A DNA stretch of 44,383 nt from a virus. Lineage: Duplodnaviria > Caudoviricetes. The stretch lies in IMG/VR virus record IMGVR_UViG_3300033076_000625, positions 1 to 44,383 of that record. One strand, given 5' to 3'. This document shows positions 10,503-19,706 of the stretch, piece by piece. The translations under genes and the position numbers were made by a program. The notes below the pieces were generated by a model that was not told where the DNA came from, did not search any database, and saw nothing but the letters and a program-made list of their open reading frames with translations. Within the stretch, counting starts at the first letter, position 1, and each line of letters opens with the position of its first letter.

Positions 10503-10945
10503 TCTTCCTTTGAGTATTGTTTAATGAGTTCTTTGTATATCTCAGGAGTTGGTCTCAGGTCTATCTTTGACAGCTCATTAAGCTTTCGATATTTAGTGTT
10601 ACCTATTTTATCGTGAATCTTAATAGCGTAATTACACTTAATGTTTTCTGTTTGAGAGCGGCCCATAGGTACGTTACACTTTTGACATTGTGCATGTATG
10701 TTGTCTGGGTGGTATCTTGTAAGAAGTTTTGCTGCTTTACTTGGATAGTAGTGCCCAGCGTGTAGTCTTTTACCTGTACATTCTTGGTCGCATACTATAC
10801 ACGTTGCAAATAAACCATCATCTAAGAAGTATCCGTCTCTTTTCTTAATCTTATCTCTTACTATTGACCAAAGTTCTCTTATCAGTTTAGAATTAGAGTC
10901 TTTTGGCTTTCTGTAAACTCTTCGTTTCCTTGTTTTTATTGCCAT
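10448..10945 (-). CDS. NinG/Rap-like HNH nuclease
   Basis: CIVC..HAGHY..RYHPDNIHAQCQKCN. Confidence 0.85.
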   Translation of the reverse strand: MAIKTRKRRVYRKPKDSNSKLIRELWSIVRDKIKKRDGYFLDDGLFATCIVCDQECTGKRLHAGHYYPSKAAKLLTRYHPDNIHAQCQKCNVPMGRSQTENIKCNYAIKIHDKIGNTKYRKLNELSKIDLRPTPEIYKELIKQYSKEDWQKSVTKYLNSLCKTNK

Positions 10946-10960
10946 ATGAAATGATTTTAC

Positions 10961-10989
10961 TTGACAAACGTCTTATTATATGGTATAAT
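10961..10989 (+). promoter_or_regulatory. Consensus sigma70 promoter, opposite to the flanking genes
   Basis: TTGACA-17nt-TATAAT with TG extension. Confidence 0.8.
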
Positions 10990-11075
10990 ACATACTAGGA
11001 TTTATATCCTTATACGTTGTTCCTTGTAGGAACTTAAGCGTTGTCTATAGAATCGTAAAAAATAATATTATAAGA

Positions 11076-11105
11076 AATAGCCCCCTTGCAGGGGCTTTTC
11101 TTTTT
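11076..11105. terminator. Intrinsic terminator
   Basis: AGCCCC-CTTGCA-GGGGCT followed by a T-rich tail. Confidence 0.8.
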
Positions 11106-11109
11106 AACC

Positions 11110-11439
11110 CTACTTATTCTTGGTTTTTTTGGTAGGTTTTTCTGTTTTCTTGTTCTTGGCTGATTTAATTACCTTTGAAGCAATAAGAGCATCCATAAGT
11201 TGATTAAACATAACCAGTGTTTCAGTTTCGCTTTCAAGTAATCCTTCGATAGCTTCTTTGTGGTTACGTAGAGCTGATAATGAAGCTTGGTTAATAATTT
11301 CTAATTGCATTTCTAGCATTTCTATACGAAACATTAGTTTTGGGAAAAAAAGTTTTGCAAACATATAATTAGAAGTCGTCATCCATATCTGGTACAAAGT
11401 CTTCGACCATTTGCTCGTTTGAGCCAGTAGTTGGTTCAA
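11110..11439 (-). CDS. Hypothetical protein (true start probably later, MFAKLFF)
   Basis: Helical ORF with basic tail; 5' extension overlaps the upstream gene. Confidence 0.55.
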   Translation of the reverse strand: MNQLLAQTSKWSKTLYQIWMTTSNYMFAKLFFPKLMFRIEMLEMQLEIINQASLSALRNHKEAIEGLLESETETLVMFNQLMDALIASKVIKSAKNKKTEKPTKKTKNK

Positions 11440-11764
11440 ATGAATCTGATTTCATTACTACTGCCAATGCTGATTTAATTTTTTGCATTTCTTCAAGAAT
11501 AGTGTCAAGCTTTTTAATTACAACACTGTTGTCTGCTGATACCGCTGACTTAGCAACTATTTTGAAGTTCTTGTACATTTTACCGTTGTATTCTTTTTCG
11601 GTAACTTCAGCGTTGATTGTTTGACCAACTTTGAGTTCGTACTTTGAGTAACCACCAATGTACTCGTCTCCATATTCTTGAGTCTTAATTGATGTTTTGA
11701 ATTGAGGGCCGAACTTACCAGTTACTTGTTCGTTCTTTGCCCATGTGATTGTTAGTGTTGACAT
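11369..11764 (-). CDS. Putative ssDNA-binding protein
   Basis: OB-like N-terminus (EVTEKEYNGKMYKNF) and acidic C-terminal tail DMDDDF; next to the exonuclease. Confidence 0.6.
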   Translation of the reverse strand: MSTLTITWAKNEQVTGKFGPQFKTSIKTQEYGDEYIGGYSKYELKVGQTINAEVTEKEYNGKMYKNFKIVAKSAVSADNSVVIKKLDTILEEMQKIKSALAVVMKSDSFEPTTGSNEQMVEDFVPDMDDDF

Positions 11765-11775
11765 AAATAAATTAA

Positions 11776-12609
11776 TTAATTCTTGTTAAATCTATGAATA
11801 GTTAGTGCGGCTAGAAAAACCGAGAAATCTTGCTCAAAAGCAAATGAATCGTGTGTACTAAATGTACCGTCCTTACCTACTCTGATAATCTTTCGCCCGT
11901 ATACACTTTTGCCAGTCATTTCCTGGAAAGCGTATTGGTAGGCAGCTGTTTGTGCGTGATATGACCTGTCCCACAACTGATGTGAGTTAGACTTTCTGTC
12001 GTATCTTGCACTTGATGTTTTTATATCTCCTACCCAAATCTTACCGTCTTCTTCGTATATAAGGTCGCATGTTCCTGCGTACCAGTATTGAAGGTTGTAT
12101 AATCTTTGCTCTGAAGATATAAGTTTCTTAGGTGATGAGTTCCACCAGCTGTAGAAGTTGTCAAAACATTTTTGCTCCATTGTGCCTTTTTGAAAGTTTG
12201 GTAGCTTATTGTTTTTTACATACTCTTCGCAAGCTTCGTGAACAGTTGACCCAATGTCTGCTGCTTGGTTCTTTTTAAGTGTGTGTTCGTTTGTCGCGTT
12301 TTCAACATCTTCAGCAGTAATCTGTTTCTTTCCAGATATTAACTTCAAAAGATATTCTTTAGCTAAACGTAACGCCCATGTTATCAAAGAGTCTTTAGCA
12401 ATCGAGTTGAGTGCGGTTGTAACACCCGTAAGTCTCTTCTTGTCGTAATAGTATTCATGTGATGTAGCTGTTTCTCTATAGAAGAAACCCATCTCAGGAA
12501 TTGTGCTTACTTCTTTCGGAGCTTGTGGTAGTTTTCCAATAAGAGAGTGAAATCCTGAGACTTCTATCTTCTTATTTTTTTCTACTTCTTTTTTCGAAAC
12601 TTTTTGCAT
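11776..12609 (-). CDS. PD-(D/E)XK exonuclease (Cas4/RecB-like)
   Basis: GVTTAL, GSTVHEACE, SEQRL, YAGTCDL, GDIKTS, QTAAY. Confidence 0.85.
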   Translation of the reverse strand: MQKVSKKEVEKNKKIEVSGFHSLIGKLPQAPKEVSTIPEMGFFYRETATSHEYYYDKKRLTGVTTALNSIAKDSLITWALRLAKEYLLKLISGKKQITAEDVENATNEHTLKKNQAADIGSTVHEACEEYVKNNKLPNFQKGTMEQKCFDNFYSWWNSSPKKLISSEQRLYNLQYWYAGTCDLIYEEDGKIWVGDIKTSSARYDRKSNSHQLWDRSYHAQTAAYQYAFQEMTGKSVYGRKIIRVGKDGTFSTHDSFAFEQDFSVFLAALTIHRFNKN

Positions 12610-12693
12610 GTTGTTTTTGTTGTCTTATTATTTCGACATTCACATTGTATACCATATTGCAGATAACGTAATATTAACCTTAATGTTGATAAC

Positions 12694-14043
12694 TTAATTA
12701 ATATCGTCAAAGGAGTTATTGTTGTCGTATATTCTACCAGTGTTTGTCTCAAACAGTACTCTTGACTTACCAGTAACACCATGTCTTCCCTTCTGGAGAT
12801 TAAGCGTAACAGGTATTGGTTCACCATTAGCTTTCATTAGGTCAATGTCGTCTTTCTTAAGGTCTTTATCTGGTCTCATAAGGAATATGAAGTCAGACTT
12901 CTCAGCGATAGAGCTTGAATCTTTAACAGAGATAACATCATCAAATTTATTAATTTGGTCTTCCTTTGAAATCTGCGAAACAATAAATACCGAAACACCT
13001 GTTTTGATTGCGAACTCGTGTAATGCGATAGCAATCTGTGTCATCATCTCATTTCTACTAGAGAAACCTTTACCAGAGATATGCTGGATATAGTCGATAA
13101 ATATGAAATCTTTATTCTTCAGTATTTCTATTTCAAGGAGTTTTGAGCGTATACTATTCCAGTCAGAGTTCATTGATATTGTAATGTCTGAATCAGCTAT
13201 TTCTTCTAGTGCTGTATTCATCAATTCAATATCTGAATCACTAAGTGGTGTGTTGGTTTTCGAATTATAGTTATGCTTAATACTCTTCATGTCCATACCT
13301 GTACGTATACCAGCAAGTCTGTTTAGTACGGTATCAGGGGCCATTTCAAGTGAAAAGTACATTATACGGGCATCCTGCTTGAGTAAAGAGTTCATAATAT
13401 TTAGAGTAAGTTGTGTCTTACCCGAACTTGTATAACCAGAGAATGTATATAACATCTTAGGTAGAACTCCATCAATCATCTTATCAAGAGAATTGATACC
13501 CGTTGTCATACCAAGTATACTCTTTCCTTCTAATAATCTGATTGCAAATTGCTTCTGTGTCTCACGTAACTCCTTAAGCCCATCTTTAAGTGTCAATTCT
13601 TCATTTGATTGTTTACCAGAGACGCTGATTACCATTTCTTTTAGTTTGTTTGGTAAGTCTTCTTCATCATTGAACCCCATCTCCATTATTCTACTTCCAA
13701 CGTCGATAGCATTTCTTGACTCCCACTTGGTAAGAACGTTGTTGCAGTAAGTCTTAATTGATGCAGAACTACCTACTGACTTCGTTATTTCAAGAAGCAC
13801 ACCCATATGGTCTCCGTTTATCTTGTCTGGAGAAATCTTTGATAAGACTGAAGTAAGGTCTATTGAATTTCCAGAATTTAGTAAGTTCTTTATAATAGAA
13901 AATATGTATCTATTATTCTGTTCGTGGAAACATTCTTCTGTAAGCATTTTACACGCTATCACTGCTGACTGCTTTGACAACATACAACAACCGAGTACTG
14001 CCTTTTCTGACATAACATCTGATGGTATCTTTCTTGTTTCCAT
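12694..14043 (-). CDS. dnaB: Replicative DNA helicase, DnaB family
   Basis: N-terminal SEKAVLG, Walker A GYTSSGKT, FSLEM, FIDYIQ, VSQI, KGRHG. Confidence 0.93.
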   Translation of the reverse strand: METRKIPSDVMSEKAVLGCCMLSKQSAVIACKMLTEECFHEQNNRYIFSIIKNLLNSGNSIDLTSVLSKISPDKINGDHMGVLLEITKSVGSSASIKTYCNNVLTKWESRNAIDVGSRIMEMGFNDEEDLPNKLKEMVISVSGKQSNEELTLKDGLKELRETQKQFAIRLLEGKSILGMTTGINSLDKMIDGVLPKMLYTFSGYTSSGKTQLTLNIMNSLLKQDARIMYFSLEMAPDTVLNRLAGIRTGMDMKSIKHNYNSKTNTPLSDSDIELMNTALEEIADSDITISMNSDWNSIRSKLLEIEILKNKDFIFIDYIQHISGKGFSSRNEMMTQIAIALHEFAIKTGVSVFIVSQISKEDQINKFDDVISVKDSSSIAEKSDFIFLMRPDKDLKKDDIDLMKANGEPIPVTLNLQKGRHGVTGKSRVLFETNTGRIYDNNNSFDDIN

Positions 14044-14044
14044 A

Positions 14045-14266
14045 CTACATCTCTTGAGCTATTTTAACTAATAAAGGGTCTCTTTGTGCGATTAACCTAA
14101 GGCATTCCTGGTGTATAACATATGTCATTTGTCTACTGATGTCAAGGCATTTTGATATTTTAAGATACGAGTGCTTTTCAAGTCTCATGGTATAAATAAA
14201 CAACATGCGTCGTATTATATAAGTCCTTCGTTCTAGTGAGTTACTAAATTTTATTTTTTTCTTCAT
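14045..14266 (-). CDS. Small HTH-like DNA-binding protein
   Basis: SYLKISKCLDISRQMTY helix-turn-helix pattern. Confidence 0.5.
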   Translation of the reverse strand: MKKKIKFSNSLERRTYIIRRMLFIYTMRLEKHSYLKISKCLDISRQMTYVIHQECLRLIAQRDPLLVKIAQEM

Positions 14267-14269
14267 AAG

Positions 14270-14515
14270 TTACTCATAAACTCGCTCTTCTTTAATGCTA
14301 TAACGGTTTCTATATTCTGATTCTTTGACAGGGTTATTTTCATCAACATACTTTTGAGCTGATTCATTGCTACTAAAAATTCTTTTAATACTCTTGTCAA
14401 AAGCATTATAGTGTTGATAATAAACGATATAAATCTTTGTTAGTTGTTCATACTTAGTGACTTCCTCAATTGTTTCGAACTCTTTACCGTCATCTGATTT
14501 GTAGATTATTTTCAT
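14270..14515 (-). CDS. Hypothetical protein
   Basis: YKSDDGKEFET start common in phage small proteins. Confidence 0.65.
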   Translation of the reverse strand: MKIIYKSDDGKEFETIEEVTKYEQLTKIYIVYYQHYNAFDKSIKRIFSSNESAQKYVDENNPVKESEYRNRYSIKEERVYE

Positions 14516-14516
14516 A

Positions 14517-14726
14517 TTACTCCCAGCTTTTTATATTTGTTTCTTCGACACTAATTATATACTTAGAATCAGGTATTGTGATATTTCTTCCTATAATATC
14601 TTTATAGTACTTATTTGCTTGACTAGGAGCAAGCTCAACAATCACATTACCTACTACTTTACCTAGTATCATAGCGTATGTGTTTCTTGGTACTTGTACC
14701 TGTAATTTATATATACCGTCTTTCAT
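14517..14726 (-). CDS. Hypothetical protein
   Basis: Tightly packed ORF. Confidence 0.6.
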   Translation of the reverse strand: MKDGIYKLQVQVPRNTYAMILGKVVGNVIVELAPSQANKYYKDIIGRNITIPDSKYIISVEETNIKSWE

Positions 14727-14729
14727 ACC

Positions 14730-15131
14730 CTACTCAAAAAATAATTTATAAAGCTCTGCTATATTTTGTTCTGATTGTTCGTGAAGGGGTTTTGATAGGT
14801 CTATCACAGCCCAGTCTTTTTTTGATTGAGAGTTTTTAATACGAATCCATATGGAGCCTGGTTCATGTTTAATTTCTAATTCAACAGGGAACGCTCGCAG
14901 AATATCATGCGCTAGAATAGGTGTTGATATACTTTCCCAACTACCTTTTTCGATACCCAATAACTCATCTATCTTATCAGTGAGGGCTTGGATTTTTTCT
15001 TGTGTCGTAATACCAACAGATATACTACATGGTTTTTTCATGTCTCTTCCATTAGTGTTATGTGAACACATTGGGTGTGAGTTGCACTTTGGTTGGTTAG
15101 TCATATTTTTTTCTAATAAATAATTTATCAC
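14730..15131 (-). CDS. Hypothetical protein
   Basis: C-terminal DLSKPLHEQSE segment. Confidence 0.6.
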   Translation of the reverse strand: MINYLLEKNMTNQPKCNSHPMCSHNTNGRDMKKPCSISVGITTQEKIQALTDKIDELLGIEKGSWESISTPILAHDILRAFPVELEIKHEPGSIWIRIKNSQSKKDWAVIDLSKPLHEQSEQNIAELYKLFFE

Positions 15132-15717
15132 CCTTTTTAGGAAGGTCGGTAGTTATGTTTTCCATACCTTCTCTTACAGACTCTTTTGTAGGTTGTGGAA
15201 ACCCTGGTACAGTATTACGCCAAATGTGGCTGCTGAGATCTGCTAGATTCTTTAATTGCTCTAGGTTGGTAATAAGATTCTTGTAAGCTTCGTACCAAAA
15301 TTCGCCAAGGCTTCGTAACTGTTCATTGTCTCTTCTCAACTGTTCTGCAATATTTTCTACCTCAGTCCATGTACTTGGAAAATCTTTTACAATTTCTTCT
15401 GCGCTATCGTACTTACTAGCTCGACGTTCTAAGTAATCTAACTCTTTAACAATTGTATTATGCTCGCTAATTAACTTATCAATATTGGGACATGTATTTT
15501 CCGGTATTTTACCAGCATCTTCTTTAAGTTGCTCAATATCAGAAAACCCAATAGCCTCGTCAATAGTCTTTAGGCGGATGTGTTCGGCGTACATTTTCAG
15601 CGCAAGAATAAACGTATCTACTGGTATAACTTTTACATCTGGTTTTATAAATTCAGGAGAAGTAGAACCAATCTCAATGAGCTCTTTTATCTTCTCTTTA
15701 TCGTGTATTGTTTTCAT
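15097..15717 (-). CDS. Hypothetical protein
   Basis: 206 aa; TCPNID...EQLRRDNEQLR coiled segment. Confidence 0.65.
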   Translation of the reverse strand: MKTIHDKEKIKELIEIGSTSPEFIKPDVKVIPVDTFILALKMYAEHIRLKTIDEAIGFSDIEQLKEDAGKIPENTCPNIDKLISEHNTIVKELDYLERRASKYDSAEEIVKDFPSTWTEVENIAEQLRRDNEQLRSLGEFWYEAYKNLITNLEQLKNLADLSSHIWRNTVPGFPQPTKESVREGMENITTDLPKKGDKLFIRKKYD

Positions 15718-15854
15718 ATTATTTCAAAGATTCTATATATTCAATAACTGCTTTTAGTTCTACTAGCTCTATCTCAATATCAAAGTTACCATCAATATGG
15801 ACAGTTGTTTGTAGCTTATCTAAGTAGTTTCTTAGTATTTGTTCTTTAGTCATA

Positions 15855-16082
15855 TTACTCCTCAACTGAAACTAACTCATAATAATCACCCTTATCGACT
15901 AACTGTTGCATAACAGAAAGGTGACATACATTGTCTTTATCTAACCCGTCTATTGTGCAAAACGAGTACCTACCGTCTAGTCGGTGAAAGGTAATAAAGT
16001 CTCCTAGCTTGCCGCTCTCGTTAAACGTCTCCGCTTTAATCTTACTTCCTTGTGGAATGTCACATAGCATTATTGTTTTCAT
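15855..16082 (-). CDS. Hypothetical protein
   Basis: 75 aa ORF in operon. Confidence 0.6.
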   Translation of the reverse strand: MKTIMLCDIPQGSKIKAETFNESGKLGDFITFHRLDGRYSFCTIDGLDKDNVCHLSVMQQLVDKGDYYELVSVEE

Positions 16083-16228
16083 AGTTTTACTTTTTATTTA
16101 ACACAAATTCTGCATACTCTTCCATAATTCCTAGTATACTGATAACTGTATTAAGGTCGTTGTTAACATAGCTATTATTTTTGAAATACTTTTTTAGTAA
16201 TTCTTGTTTCTTTTCGTCGTTGTTCATA

Positions 16229-16600
16229 TTAGTTAGTGTTAATTAGTAATTCAGGATTTTGATAAATATTTCCTACAACTTCTACTTCTATACAATTACA
16301 CAGCAGTCCTCCTCCTGAAATATTATCACCATGTGGTTGGAATCAGAATGCTCCATGCTGGAAAACTACCGTACCAATCTTTTCTCTACCTGTATCAATT
16401 TGTTTAGATTTGATAATATCACCCTCATAAATCTCTTTTCCGTTTTTATCTTTGATACCTGTGTATTGCATTAAAATACGACAATCATCTCTTTCTGCAT
16501 TATTTAAGTATCTCAAAAATACACTTATCCCTTTTAATTCATCCCACTCTATAATTCTTTTTTCTACTTTATCCCACGCTCTAAATTTAATTTCTTTCAT
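16229..16600 (-). CDS. YopX-family protein with in-frame TGA at 16343-16345
   Basis: [27 protein letters not shown]; the frame continues past TGA to [13 protein letters not shown] and TAA at 16229-16231. Confidence 0.85.
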
Positions 16601-16601
16601 A

Positions 16602-17075
16602 TTATTTCAAAACCTTCCCATCAATTAACAACCCTCGACTCTCTAGCTCTTTTACCATCTCATCTGTATCTACATCAGCTAGTTTGTTTTCTTCTGGTGG
16701 TACAGGTGCGACCATGAAGTAGGGGATTGAGGAGTTACTGCCAATAACATAGTAGTGTCCGTCACAAACAAGTTGTATTGTTTGAACAGTCCCGATTAAC
16801 TGCTTATAATCTTTAAGCCAAGCGCTATCCATTGCGTAACTCCGCGTCTCCTCTGTATCAATAATCACACACTTCTCTCCTGGCTGTAGTAGCTTTGGTA
16901 TGCGGGGGATTATTTTGTATTCGTCAGAATAGATATCTAACCAGAACTGTTCATCGCAACAAGTAAGATTCATTGGTTCAAATAGTCGAACCATAGTTGC
17001 GCCATTCTTTGTTAAATCTACTCTATGCCCCATCTCCAAGCACTGTTTAATGTAGTTGTATGTTTGTAGTTTCAT
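16602..17075 (-). CDS. Hypothetical protein
   Basis: 157 aa ORF in operon. Confidence 0.65.
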   Translation of the reverse strand: MKLQTYNYIKQCLEMGHRVDLTKNGATMVRLFEPMNLTCCDEQFWLDIYSDEYKIIPRIPKLLQPGEKCVIIDTEETRSYAMDSAWLKDYKQLIGTVQTIQLVCDGHYYVIGSNSSIPYFMVAPVPPEENKLADVDTDEMVKELESRGLLIDGKVLK

Positions 17076-17077
17076 AA

Positions 17078-17377
17078 TTAATTATTATCTTGATAAATAA
17101 AGGTAGTTTCATTTAGTTTAAAAAAATCTTGGACTAAACTCTTAGATTCTAAGTAAGAAAGAAATACTTTTAGTACGTTGTTATGTAAAGTCGAAAAGTC
17201 TTTTAGTTCGTTGCTGTTATCTTCCATTTTGATACTGTTCACTATCTGATATGTATCTGGTTTTTCAAGCGAACCATCCTTCTTGATTACCCCACTTTTT
17301 ACTTCCACTAAAGTGCTGAGAAACATTTTGCTTTGACCGTTTATATCTTTCTTTAATACTTCTGTATTGATGTTCAT
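17078..17377 (-). CDS. Hypothetical protein
   Basis: 99 aa ORF in operon. Confidence 0.6.
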   Translation of the reverse strand: MNINTEVLKKDINGQSKMFLSTLVEVKSGVIKKDGSLEKPDTYQIVNSIKMEDNSNELKDFSTLHNNVLKVFLSYLESKSLVQDFFKLNETTFIYQDNN

Positions 17378-17528
17378 AAATTATGGTGTAATTAGTTGAT
17401 ATTCAAACTGCAAATTTGGATACCGTTTAATAAAAAAACTAGCTAGCTCTTCGACTGTAAAGAACACGTAGTACTGCCTACCCATCTTCATCATGACTCC
17501 TTCTGGGGCTTTCCAATAGCGGACTATG

Positions 17529-17927
17529 TTAGTTATCATACTCTTCGATTAATAAGTTCTCGTTCTCATGGATATTTCCTAATATTTCCTCTCTTTCAAC
17601 ATAAGGTGACATATCTTCTTCCCAATCGTCGGAGTACTCCCAGCCCTTTTTACAGGTTGTTTTAGTGGTATAACTACCACCAAGTTTTCCATAAAAGAAT
17701 GTAATAATACCTTTGTTAAATATATCACCTACGTAAATCTCTTTTTTGTTCTTGTCAAGAAGACCAGTAAACAGCATAAGGTTTTCTTGCTCAAAACATA
17801 ACGCGTCAGTACCATCTTCATGTTTACCAAACGCTGTAATTGTATTCCCGTTAGAATCCCATACAATACGTTGTACTTGAAACATAAGACCTCTAGAACT
17901 ATCCCATGCTCGATATTTTGTAATCAT
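17529..17927 (-). CDS. YopX-family protein
   Basis: KYRAWD, FTGLLDKNKKEIYVGDI, EILGNIHENENLL. Confidence 0.88.
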   Translation of the reverse strand: MITKYRAWDSSRGLMFQVQRIVWDSNGNTITAFGKHEDGTDALCFEQENLMLFTGLLDKNKKEIYVGDIFNKGIITFFYGKLGGSYTTKTTCKKGWEYSDDWEEDMSPYVEREEILGNIHENENLLIEEYDN

Positions 17928-18171
17928 AACTATAGCGTAATTAGAAATACTACAAATCCTACTACAACAGATAGTTCCTGAAACATATCACCTGTTGATT
18001 TTCTTATTATATATCCATCAGTTATTGTGTGTAGTAATACTAAGGTAAATATAGAGCCAAAGAATCCTATAATCCCGTAACCTAATGAGTGTAAAATGTT
18101 TATCATAAATAATTAATACTAATATTTTCTAATACTCACTAAGTGTATAGCAGTCTCATAATAATGTCAAC

Positions 18172-18310
18172 TGTGGATAAAAAGCTAAAAGTTAGGTAAG
18201 CCTGAGTCGGGAATTCCCACCGTGGCTAATTCCCACCGTGGGAAAAGCCTACCTATAAGTAATATTATATTACTAGTAATAAATATAAACACAAAGTAAT
18301 AATATTTGAC
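18172..18310. promoter_or_regulatory. Putative replication origin: DnaA box, iterons, AT-rich tract
   Basis: TGTGGATAA at 18172-18180; AATTCCCACCGTGG at 18212-18225 and 18228-18241; AT-rich 18255-18310; lies at the strand switch next to the initiator gene. Confidence 0.6.
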
Positions 18311-18336
18311 TTTATTAATTTTGTGATATATACTCC

Positions 18337-19023
18337 TTGGGTATGAAGATAACAGTACGAGTTGAACAACCGTTTACACAGGTTCCTAACTTATTAATTA
18401 ACGACCCAGAGGTTTCCTTTGGAGCATGTGGTTTATATACGTACCTTGCATCTAAGCCAGGTGTTTGGGACTTTAGTGCTACACGTATAGCTAAAGATAA
18501 AGTTAAGCATGGTCGTGACTCAATACTCAAGCTCTTGAATGAACTTGAAGAACAGGGTTATCTTTTACGTGAACGTCAGTCAGATGGCCGTATGAATTAC
18601 ACATTGTTGTGGGAGAAACAGACAGAATTTGTAGAAGCCAAAGACCAAAATTCAGGACTACAGGAAGTTGTTGTCTCAGGAGTAGATAAACCTAAGAAAC
18701 AAATTAGCCTTGAAGAACAAACTAAGAAAGACATCACGTCTGCTGTAATGCGTGAGTTCTTGTTAATCAACAAAGCAATGCAAGGTATGATGGCATGGAA
18801 GCACGAACGTGATGCTGCATTTTCACTTGCTCAAGTTATAGGTATTGAGAACATAAAAAGCTATATATCATTTGTGCCTAAACTAAAAGAACACTTTGAC
18901 GAACGTTTTGTACCTGATTGCACAAAGCCGTCAAGTATGCTTAGAAACTTTGCTAAGTTTGAAGAAGTTTACAAGAAGAATCTTAAGTCGAAAGATACAA
19001 ATGGTTATTACTTTAATGATTAA
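18337..19023 (+). CDS. Putative replication initiator (winged-helix N-terminus)
   Basis: FTQVPNLLINDPEVSFGACGLYTYLASKP..W..S...LNELEEQGYL, typical of phage replisome organisers. Confidence 0.8.
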   Translation: MGMKITVRVEQPFTQVPNLLINDPEVSFGACGLYTYLASKPGVWDFSATRIAKDKVKHGRDSILKLLNELEEQGYLLRERQSDGRMNYTLLWEKQTEFVEAKDQNSGLQEVVVSGVDKPKKQISLEEQTKKDITSAVMREFLLINKAMQGMMAWKHERDAAFSLAQVIGIENIKSYISFVPKLKEHFDERFVPDCTKPSSMLRNFAKFEEVYKKNLKSKDTNGYYFND

Positions 19024-19024
19024 T

Positions 19025-19210
19025 ATGAAAGAAAATAAAAACAATAAAGAAGTAAAAGTATTAAATAACTTCTGCGCTCAGTCTGAATTTTGCGAGGAAG
19101 ACGTGTGTAGGTGTGACGAAAAAGAGCCAACCAAAGAAGAAATGGACGGAGCATTGCTACTTGCTCTTGCTGCCGTTGGGGCACTTGGGGACTTGTCAAA
19201 AGAAGAATAA
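19025..19210 (+). CDS. Small hypothetical protein
   Basis: MKENKNN... after TAA-T-ATG; Cys cluster and hydrophobic tail. Confidence 0.5.
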   Translation: MKENKNNKEVKVLNNFCAQSEFCEEDVCRCDEKEPTKEEMDGALLLALAAVGALGDLSKEE

Positions 19211-19221
19211 TATGCTACAAT
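19193..19221 (+). promoter_or_regulatory. Promoter for the tRNA-HNH element
   Basis: TTGTCA-17nt-TACAAT with TG extension; predicted start ~19228, just before the tRNA-like 5' end. Confidence 0.55.
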
Positions 19222-19229
19222 TGTAGTAT

Positions 19230-19648
19230 TGTCATATCGTCTAATGGTACAATAATCTAACACAAAAGCGCAGTATGTCACCACAGTTAAAAAGTTATTA
19301 TACAAGGAAGCAAGAGTTTATAAAAATATTAGGCGGAAAATGTGTACAGTGTGGTACAGATAAAAATCTTGAATTTGACCATATGAGTAAAAAAGATAAA
19401 TCTTTTTGTATTACAGATAAAATGTGTTATTCCAAGAAAGTTTTACTTGAGGAAATTAAAAAATGCCAATTACTTTGTAATAGTTGTCACTTACTGAAAA
19501 ATAAAATAGATAACGGTGAGGCTAAACATGGCTCAATATCAATGTACAGGCACCATAAGTGTAGGTGTGAAGATTGTAGAAAGGTGTGGAATATTAAAAC
19601 TAAACAGTGGAAAAAGCGATAATCGTGGTTCGAATCCATGTATGACAA
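19230..19648 (+). other. Split tRNA(Gln/Glu-like) scaffold enclosing an HNH gene
   Basis: 5' TGTCATA-TC-GTCT-AATGGTA (19230-19249); 3' CGTGG-TTCGAAT-CCATG-TATGACA-A (19624-19648); perfect 7-bp acceptor stem; no anticodon arm found. Confidence 0.8.
19275..19622 (+). CDS. HNH endonuclease
   Basis: GGKCVQCG..NLEFDH..KCQLLCNSCH plus C-terminal HG...Y....CRCEDC. Confidence 0.9.
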   Translation: MSPQLKSYYTRKQEFIKILGGKCVQCGTDKNLEFDHMSKKDKSFCITDKMCYSKKVLLEEIKKCQLLCNSCHLLKNKIDNGEAKHGSISMYRHHKCRCEDCRKVWNIKTKQWKKR

Positions 19649-19706
19649 CTTGACTTTATAATTGAATATGCTAACATAATAATGTTATTAAATTAATCAT
19701 TTATTT

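Noticed and set aside
19250-19623. Group I or II intron in the split tRNA
   Set aside because: The insert is almost entirely ORF, I see no catalytic core, and excision would not restore an anticodon arm
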